NCBI GenBank assembly: GCA_964610345.1
Contig: CAZSVQ010000001.1
Span: 280-62,348 of the forward strand
Reading direction: 5' to 3'
DNA: 62,069 nucleotides
Source of the DNA: an uncultured Candidatus Saccharibacteria bacterium
Lineage (GTDB): Bacteria > Patescibacteriota > Saccharimonadia > Saccharimonadales > JAGQNJ01
Shown here: piece by piece, positions 55,508-62,069 of the stretch
How positions within the stretch are numbered: the stretch's first letter is position 1
Layout: each line of letters begins with the position of its first letter
Notes under the pieces: model-generated
What the model was told of the DNA's origin: nothing
What the model saw: only the letters and a program-made list of their open reading frames with translations
The model's database searches: none
Made by a program: the position numbers and the translations under genes

Positions 55508-57482
55508 TAATCAAAAGTCAATTGCCCGTCGTGGTCGGCCTTTGATCCTAGTTATAAGCACATTATTAGCTATCAGTGTAGCATCGTCGCCAGTATCGGT
55601 GCCGGCCTTTTCTGAATGGTGGTACGAAAATAAAGTAAATTCAATTGATTACAAAAAACTATATGGACACTGGCAAGTATTAGATTTACCCGAAGAGTTT
55701 AAGCTAAATACTATTCATGGCGCCGCCTTGCCAACAGGCAAAATCTTATTAGTGGCTGGCTCGGGCAATAATAGACAAGACTTTAATGCTTTTCACAATG
55801 AAGGCAAAATACAGGTTTTAAAAACTGTTGTGCTTGACCCAGAGACCATGGATATTAAGACGGTAGAGACTCCAAGTGATTTATTTTGTAGCGGTCATGC
55901 CTTGCTCCAGGGCGGCAACTTACTAATTGCCGGTGGTACCAGTGGATATGAGTTGTTAGAGAACGAAGTAAAAAAACCAGCCGGTGCAATGACTATACAT
56001 AACGAAGACCCGGATAGTCAACCGCGAACTTTCCCCAAGGGCACTAGGTTTACCAGCCCTAAAGGTAAGGTTTATGAATCAACCGAAGAATTTATTTTAC
56101 AGCCTGCTCACAAAATGGATCACGGTCAAGGTAATGTTGAAATCCATCATAGTAGTAGCAAGGTGTTCGTTGAAGCTGTATCAGAAGATCCTAGCTATAT
56201 AACAGAAGAACATCTTCAGTATAGTATCGAGGGTCTTACTGGCACTGATGAACATAATATCTATGGTCAGGGTGGACCAATGACCCTAAATAAGCAAGAT
56301 TTTCGGGGCGATGAACGTACCTACGAATTTGACCCAGTTTCTGAGCAGTATGTTCGCGTGGGTGACTTAAAAGAGAGTCGTTGGTATGCGTCATTGCCGG
56401 TTTTGACGAACGGTGAGGTTCTGGCCGTGTCTGGATTAGATAATACAGGCGTTATCACTGAAACTACAGAGAAATACCACCCAGATACCAAGCAGTGGGA
56501 GTGGGGACCAAACCAGGCAATGCCAACTTACCCAGCCTTATTCCGCACATTAAACCCAGATGAGTTGTTTTATTCTGGTTCTAGTGCTGGTTATGGACCG
56601 GCAGACAAAGGGCGTGAGCCAGGCTTTTGGAATATTAAAACTGATAAGTTTACTACCGTATCTGGATTGCGGGACACTGACATACTAGAAACAAGTGCAT
56701 CGGTTATGTTGCCACCCAAAAAAGGTAGCAACGATGGTAGCCAGAGTTGGCGTGTTATGGTTGCCGGAGGTGGTGGAGTCGGTGAGTCGCCACTGGTCAC
56801 CAAGCGAACAGACATCATTGACCTCACTGAATCGAACCCAACCTTCACGCCTGGTCCTGACTTACCGAGTCCATTACGTTATGTAAATATGGTAGTAACG
56901 CCGTGGGATGAGGTGTTTGCAGCTGGTGGTACCGCTGACTATCGCTCCAAGGGTGAAAGCTATTCTCATAAAACGGTTATGATTAATCCGGTAGACAATA
57001 AAGTTACACCAATGGCAGACGAGCGTGTTGGTCGCGGTTATCACTCAGGTGCGGTCTTGCTTAAAGATGGGCGTATTTTGGCATTCGGTAACGACCCACT
57101 ATTTAGTGATAAGGATAATACTCAAATTGGCAAGTTTGAACAACGTCTTGAAATATTTACGCCAGCTCACTTTTTTCATGGCGACCGTCCGATGCTGATT
57201 GGTAAAGAAAGTTTACAGGCCAAAAGAGGTCAAGAACTTAGTTTTAGTAGCCCTCAAGCTAGCAGTATTAAAACTGCCCGCTTGATTCCACCTAGTAGCA
57301 CCACGCATGTAACAAATATAGAGCAACGATCAGTGGGAGCCATAGTTAAACATAGCGGTGGGAATGTAAACATTCAAATACCCGATGACGAAAATCTACT
57401 CCCTAATGGATGGTATATGCTATTCGTAACCAATGAAAACGGAATTCCTTCTGTAGCTAAAATGATACAAATTGTTCGCTAA
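55500..57482 (+). CDS. glxA: Membrane-anchored radical copper oxidase (glyoxal/galactose oxidase-like, GlxA-like) with C-terminal DUF1929-type domain
   Basis: LFCSGHALLQGGNLLIAGG (cross-link Cys), ESRWYASL (Tyr) and GRGYHSGAVLLKDGRILAFG (His ligand). The C-terminus is LPNGWYMLFVTNENGIPSVAKMIQI. Confidence 0.8.
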   Translation: MHNNQKSIARRGRPLILVISTLLAISVASSPVSVPAFSEWWYENKVNSIDYKKLYGHWQVLDLPEEFKLNTIHGAALPTGKILLVAGSGNNRQDFNAFHNEGKIQVLKTVVLDPETMDIKTVETPSDLFCSGHALLQGGNLLIAGGTSGYELLENEVKKPAGAMTIHNEDPDSQPRTFPKGTRFTSPKGKVYESTEEFILQPAHKMDHGQGNVEIHHSSSKVFVEAVSEDPSYITEEHLQYSIEGLTGTDEHNIYGQGGPMTLNKQDFRGDERTYEFDPVSEQYVRVGDLKESRWYASLPVLTNGEVLAVSGLDNTGVITETTEKYHPDTKQWEWGPNQAMPTYPALFRTLNPDELFYSGSSAGYGPADKGREPGFWNIKTDKFTTVSGLRDTDILETSASVMLPPKKGSNDGSQSWRVMVAGGGGVGESPLVTKRTDIIDLTESNPTFTPGPDLPSPLRYVNMVVTPWDEVFAAGGTADYRSKGESYSHKTVMINPVDNKVTPMADERVGRGYHSGAVLLKDGRILAFGNDPLFSDKDNTQIGKFEQRLEIFTPAHFFHGDRPMLIGKESLQAKRGQELSFSSPQASSIKTARLIPPSSTTHVTNIEQRSVGAIVKHSGGNVNIQIPDDENLLPNGWYMLFVTNENGIPSVAKMIQIVR

Positions 57483-57492
57483 AGAAACCGAT

Positions 57493-58638
57493 TTACTCAG
57501 CGTTAGAGGCAAGCTCTAATGCTTTTTCGGTAATAAAAACACCGGCGTCAGGATTCCCGCGACAAGATCCATCGCTTTCGCCCGGGACTTTAATCCAGAC
57601 GTAGGCATGGAGGTTTTTATCATTCACGTTGGTAGTTGGGGCTTTTCCAAGACCACGCCCTTCGGGGTTGCACCAACGAGCTTCACCGGTAACAGTGTTT
57701 GGCGCAGAGCCACGACCATTACGACTAGTATCTATCAAAATTCCTTTTTCTTTGCCGATTAGCGCCACTAGGTCTTGTGCCCACTTCGTGATATCGGGTG
57801 TGGCAATAAAGTTCGAAACATTTACGGTTATGCCACTGGCATTATCTATGCCAGCGCGTTTCAAGGGTTCTACTAGCTTGCTGGCATCAGGGAACCACTC
57901 GGAGTGCCCGCTATCTAGGTAAACCCCAATAACCTTAGGATTTTGCTTCAATGTTGTAATAGCCGAAGCTAGAGTAGCATAACGCTCATTGGTCTGTTTG
58001 TTCGTCAGGCAGTTACTTTCAATTGTGTGAGCCAACGCATCTGGTTCGAGTGTGACCACTGTTTCTGATTTGATCTTCGAGGATATATTTGCAACCCAAT
58101 TTAAGTATGATTCGCTTGATTTAAATCCGCCACTCGAGTAGCCAGCGCAAGCATCGCGATGCGGGATGGCGTAGATTTGGTAAAGGGCTACTTTATTCTG
58201 CTGTAGTGCTGATTGTGATATTTGCTCAACCAGGTATAAATCACTGTTGCCGTTAGGGTCTTCAGTTGTTGGTCCATTGAGCCATATTGCAGTTGGTTGA
58301 TTTGATATTTTTTCGAGTAGCTTTGCCTTGGATGTATCATTTTGAGCTATGTCTGTAATGGCTTTATTGACGGTACGTGTGGTATGAATATAAAATTCTT
58401 TGCCAGCTAGTGGCGACGATGACTTTGGGGTATTGTTGTTTGTCGTGCTGTTAATTGTGGGTGTTGACAGCTGTTCGTAGCGATTATTGTTCGGCGACGA
58501 CCAGAAATACCAACTCAAGGCACTTAGAATTACAAAGACGAGCCCAATGGCTAAAATCAATTTTAGCGAGAGTTTATTTTTGTGCTTGTTCCGTAAGTTA
58601 CCGGGACTTACACGTTTTGCTTGTTCCTTGCGTGGCAT
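57493..58638 (-). CDS. Membrane-anchored glycoside hydrolase family 6 (endoglucanase, CslZ-like)
   Basis: GH6 signatures VALYQIYAIPHRDACAG and VTLEPDAL, plus WIKVPGESDG. N-terminal TM anchor. Confidence 0.75.
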   Translation of the reverse strand: MPRKEQAKRVSPGNLRNKHKNKLSLKLILAIGLVFVILSALSWYFWSSPNNNRYEQLSTPTINSTTNNNTPKSSSPLAGKEFYIHTTRTVNKAITDIAQNDTSKAKLLEKISNQPTAIWLNGPTTEDPNGNSDLYLVEQISQSALQQNKVALYQIYAIPHRDACAGYSSGGFKSSESYLNWVANISSKIKSETVVTLEPDALAHTIESNCLTNKQTNERYATLASAITTLKQNPKVIGVYLDSGHSEWFPDASKLVEPLKRAGIDNASGITVNVSNFIATPDITKWAQDLVALIGKEKGILIDTSRNGRGSAPNTVTGEARWCNPEGRGLGKAPTTNVNDKNLHAYVWIKVPGESDGSCRGNPDAGVFITEKALELASNAE

Positions 58639-58774
58639 GAACTATAGTCTAGCAAGAAATACAGGAATATTCACGTCTTTGTATATACCCATGTCACGGG
58701 GAACAACCCAAAGCTATAAATATTATAAGGTCAACCTTTTTAGATCGCGATATATGAACGGCTAAATTAGCGGA

Positions 58775-59023
58775 TTTTTCACTGATATCTCTTCATAAAA
58801 AGCTAGCAGATAGAAAGGTCAGTGTTGTGTTGACTGATCGCGCCAAAGAACTATTAGCAACCCGTGGCTATGATCCTCGTTTAAGCGTTTGCCCGTTGCA
58901 CCGAGTCATGCTGTGTTAAAGAAAAGGTTGTTGCTCAAAAAACTACTTGTTGGTCAAATAAACCCTGGCCAACAAATCTAGTTCGACACCTCAGAGCCCA
59001 ATCAAGCCTTAGATATCTGTTAA
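58775..59023 (+). pseudogene. Decayed duplicate of the last ~80 codons of the Clp-like gene (contains the right 68-nt repeat at 58809-58876)
   Basis: Reads LHKKLADRKVSVVLTDRAKELLATRGYDPRLSVCPLHRVMLC*. Recognisable but frame-broken homology continues to ..GPGQQIQLD.. (..NPGQQI*FD..). Confidence 0.8.
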
Positions 59024-59055
59024 CGTAACGCACGTTTAACTAATGGGAGAAATGG

Positions 59056-60081
59056 CTAGATACTATTTTCTAGTATGGTTATGACATTATTCCATAACGT
59101 CAAAGCTTCCTTGCTAGCGTGTTCAGATTTTGGTGAAATAAGTTGGGTGAATATTACGTAAGCTGTTTCATCATTTTCAACAAACCCTATGAATGACCCG
59201 ATATCGTTATTTGTATAAATTAGGTTGTTATTAATCATAGATGATGTTCCTGTTTTTCCGCCAATAGATTTAAATTTTGAATCTTGCTTTAAGTTGGCTT
59301 TGTATTGATCCATGTTATATGTAAGTAATTTTTTAAACTCGTTAACAGTTGACTCCTTAATTCTTTTATCTGGATTAGTCAAGGCAATATCGTAAGCATT
59401 AGTTAGTTGTAGAGGTGTTGCATTAATACCAACCCCGAATGAAGACAAACTGAACCTGTATTCTGGATTATTTTTTAAATTTATTGGTGGCAAGTAGCCA
59501 CTATCTTCATTAGTGATATTATATCCAGTTTTTTTATTGAGTCCATAAACTTCTTGCAAGTTCAGGTTCCATATTCTTCTTCTTTCCGATGGTTTACTAT
59601 CTAATGATTTATATATTTCAACGATGCCGGTATTAATGGAGTTAACGGAAATATCTGCAATAGAATATGTTCCCGAGCTAAATACTAAATGATTCTGTAT
59701 TGTTTTTCCACCAATTGATTCATAATTTTTTACGTTGTATATAGACTCAATGGTTTTTTGATTTTTTTCTATTGCTGTTTGAATTAATAGTGGTTTTATG
59801 ATGGAGCCAGGCTCCCATGATGCAAGGGCAAGGTTTAATTTATTGCCACATTTATCAATATGATAGCCAGGTATTGAACTGACTACACTTACGAGTTTGT
59901 CCGAATTAGCATTTTTAATGACTATTGAGCCACCGACACTTTCAGTTCTTTTTATCTCTTTCGAGAGTAATATTTCTGCAGAAGATTGAATATTCGTATC
60001 CATGTTTTCATTAATTTTTGGATAGCACTTTATTTGTTGTGGCGAAGATAAAAATAACAATACTGATAAAATAACAGCCAA
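59056..60081 (-). CDS. Penicillin-binding-protein transpeptidase-domain protein
   Basis: SxxK (GSIIKP), SxN (SVNS) and KTG (GGKTGTS). 341 aa with a signal/anchor. Confidence 0.65.
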   Translation of the reverse strand: MAVILSVLLFLSSPQQIKCYPKINENMDTNIQSSAEILLSKEIKRTESVGGSIVIKNANSDKLVSVVSSIPGYHIDKCGNKLNLALASWEPGSIIKPLLIQTAIEKNQKTIESIYNVKNYESIGGKTIQNHLVFSSGTYSIADISVNSINTGIVEIYKSLDSKPSERRRIWNLNLQEVYGLNKKTGYNITNEDSGYLPPINLKNNPEYRFSLSSFGVGINATPLQLTNAYDIALTNPDKRIKESTVNEFKKLLTYNMDQYKANLKQDSKFKSIGGKTGTSSMINNNLIYTNNDIGSFIGFVENDETAYVIFTQLISPKSEHASKEALTLWNNVITILENSI

Positions 60082-60100
60082 GATAACTACAACTTTTAAT

Positions 60101-61375
60101 TTAATACGACAACCTTGTTTTTAATTTATAATTTACAGGTAGCTTATATATTAGCGAAGCTAAAGAAATAAAAAATAGTGAAGTCAATTCAATGCTGGGA
60201 ACATTAAACACGGCGTTTAAAAATAAGATTAGCACAATAATTGATAGCACGCCAGTTTCGGGGTCGCGTGACAATAGCCCAAGAATTATTCCGAATAGCG
60301 CGATAGCGAACAATAAAAATGAAAAAATTAATCCAAAATAATACGCCATATCAAGAAATAAATTATGTGTTGAAGAAAAGACGATTGATTGGTTCAAGGT
60401 ATCGGCTAAATCTGCTGGAACTTGATTTATGTCATTGATTGATACAGGTAATGAACCAGGCCCGTTACCGAATACGATATTATTTTTTGACACATCCAGT
60501 AAAGACAAATAATACATGCTTGATCTGTACGAAGAGCCTTGATTGATTCTATTGGCCTGGAATCTGTAAAAGTAATTTTTCTGGGTAATTGCTAGTAGTG
60601 GCAACAACACAACAATCGTCAAAACACATAAAAGTATTTTCTTCGATTTTATATTAAATTTTAATGTAATTAAACCTAAAGATATAAGTAAACTTAAATA
60701 GCCAATACGTGATTGTGTTAGAAGTAGTATTATTATAGCTAAGATCAGGGTAATATAATGTAGGAGTAGTAATTTATTTTCTGTATTTTTATTTATTAAT
60801 TTATAAAAAATTATAACTATTACTAAAACTGCATACATGGCTAAAGTTGTAGACTGAACAAGCAGCCCACTAATTCTAATGCCGTGCCAAATATTGTCAA
60901 AATCAATAAGAATAGAAAAGCTTAAAATTATTGTAAATATAGTTATTGCTGAACTAGAAGAGATGTGTCTGGTAAACGTTTTTCTATTAGTAACAGCTAA
61001 AACAACAAAGCATAACCAACTAAGGATACCTAAATACACAGGGGGTGTACCTAGTAAAATTTCACTAATTGGCTGTGAACTTTTTATCAAGCTACCCAAA
61101 ACAACTAATAATACAATAAGAAATATTGTTTTAAACTGGGCACGGACTTTATTGAACCGTTTAAAATCTTTTACAATCTCTACATGATTATAAAACAGAA
61201 TACCTGTAGAGATCCCGAATAATGCAAGGGCGCGAAGTGTACTAATGGCTGTGTAATTGTTCGGAATATATATTAGCGGAATGCATAGTAATGCTAATAA
61301 CGATAGATGATTTTTGTTAATTATGTTATATATTTTGTTGACATTTGTAATTTTGCCAATTAAAGCTAACATCAC
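60101..61375 (-). CDS. O-antigen ligase / Wzy-like polytopic membrane protein
   Basis: About 10-12 TM helices, with the STHNLFLDMAYYFGLI motif (HN.(F/Y)L..(E/D)..G) typical of Wzy_C. Very AT-rich. Confidence 0.55.
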   Translation of the reverse strand: MMLALIGKITNVNKIYNIINKNHLSLLALLCIPLIYIPNNYTAISTLRALALFGISTGILFYNHVEIVKDFKRFNKVRAQFKTIFLIVLLVVLGSLIKSSQPISEILLGTPPVYLGILSWLCFVVLAVTNRKTFTRHISSSSAITIFTIILSFSILIDFDNIWHGIRISGLLVQSTTLAMYAVLVIVIIFYKLINKNTENKLLLLHYITLILAIIILLLTQSRIGYLSLLISLGLITLKFNIKSKKILLCVLTIVVLLPLLAITQKNYFYRFQANRINQGSSYRSSMYYLSLLDVSKNNIVFGNGPGSLPVSINDINQVPADLADTLNQSIVFSSTHNLFLDMAYYFGLIFSFLLFAIALFGIILGLLSRDPETGVLSIIVLILFLNAVFNVPSIELTSLFFISLASLIYKLPVNYKLKTRLSY

Positions 61376-61415
61376 TTAATACTAACATTTATAGCAAAAA
61401 TATGTATTGAAATAT

Positions 61416-61946
61416 TTATTTACCGCCACTAGGGTTGGGGACGGGGCACATATTAAATACAGAACAATCGTTAAAGAATGCGGTCCATGTATTAGGGCCA
61501 ACTACGCCATCGGGAGCTGTATTTTTACCTGCGGCACCTTTTGCTTTTTGAAATGCAATTACTTTTTGTTTTGTTGATTCCCCGTATATTCCATCTACAG
61601 CTACATATCCACCAACTGTCGGTGAATTTTTACTGTTTCCAGCTTTGGTTTGAGCGGTTGTCCAGTTATTTAGGCCTACTTGTATAGCATAAACACAAGG
61701 CCCTCGACTGCCTACACCCTGTGTTGGAGGTATGTCACTGGGTGGTTGCTGTATGCATAGTCTAGCCTGATCATTATTAAGATAACTTGCATAATATGCA
61801 GTGTATGCACTACTTCTATTTAACATATAAACACCCAGAGCACCGAAAGTTAGAATAATTGCCATAATTATAAAAAACTGTCGTTTTGAAAAAGAGCCAT
61901 TTTTTACTTTAACTTGTTTATTTGTTGTTTTCTTTTTTGATTTCAT
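61416..61946 (-). CDS. Membrane-anchored peptidoglycan-binding (PG_binding_1) domain protein
   Basis: VYAIQVGLNNW...VDGIYGESTKQKVIAFQKAKG...PDGVVGPNTWTAFF. Confidence 0.6.
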   Translation of the reverse strand: MKSKKKTTNKQVKVKNGSFSKRQFFIIMAIILTFGALGVYMLNRSSAYTAYYASYLNNDQARLCIQQPPSDIPPTQGVGSRGPCVYAIQVGLNNWTTAQTKAGNSKNSPTVGGYVAVDGIYGESTKQKVIAFQKAKGAAGKNTAPDGVVGPNTWTAFFNDCSVFNMCPVPNPSGGK

Positions 61947-62069
61947 GAGAATCCTTTTTATTTTTTATTAGATAACTACACTTTAATTCTAATGCTTACT
62001 TTTGTCAACAAAAATGCACTTACTCACTACATCGTGGACACTTTTGCTCGTGGAATGGTTATGTCTAAT

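Noticed and set aside
58487-58765. ORFs 58455-58640 and 58487-58765 (+) at the 5' end of the GH6 gene
   Set aside because: They are antisense to, or overlap, the GH6 N-terminus and its promoter region. They have no homology-like features and are probably non-coding.

Overview
This is a 62 kb, gene-dense, AT-rich bacterial chromosome segment (about 40% GC by eye, not computed). It uses the standard genetic code, since many conserved genes end in TGA. The gene content suggests a small-genome monoderm, most like Patescibacteria/CPR (Saccharibacteria-like); this is an inference. Relevant genes are comEC, a type IV pilus operon (pilB-pilC-pilA-pilMNO), two sortases, a short TsaB, RNase Y and TatA/TatC.

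Housekeeping genes: comEC, an lnt-like gene, yebC, ruvC-ruvA-(yecM-like)-ruvB, recA-(hydrolase)-recX, tsaE/tsaB, rny, tatC/tatA, tRNA-Pro(UGG) and initiator tRNA-fMet.

I recognised no rRNA, CRISPR array, transposase or integrase.

Most notable observations:
1. A tRNA(CAU) is split in its anticodon loop by a 610-nt group I (IC3-like) intron. The intron carries a decayed HNH endonuclease ORF on the opposite strand.
2. A cslA-glxA-GH6 glycan-synthesis cassette of the Streptomyces type sits between a perfect 68-nt direct repeat. The repeat duplicates the 3' end of a membrane-anchored Clp-like AAA+ gene, which looks like an island insertion scar.
3. A six-gene operon directly downstream of tatA encodes two small beta-rich proteins, a LamG protein and three tandem mosaic paralogs, all without signal peptides. 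It looks fibre- or adhesin-like and I cannot assign it to a described system.
4. Three dispersed genes share an N-terminal 'LPIPGxDxGxWGxxLNE(Y/F)L..HNxDGT(I/L)K' module fused to collagen-like or tail-fibre-like C-termini. One of them is translationally coupled to a 76-aa Tat-signal microprotein.
5. A sortase locus has substrates ending in an unusual xPNTG sorting signal. One substrate, an S8 peptidase, is separated from its signal peptide by a frameshift at an A6 tract.
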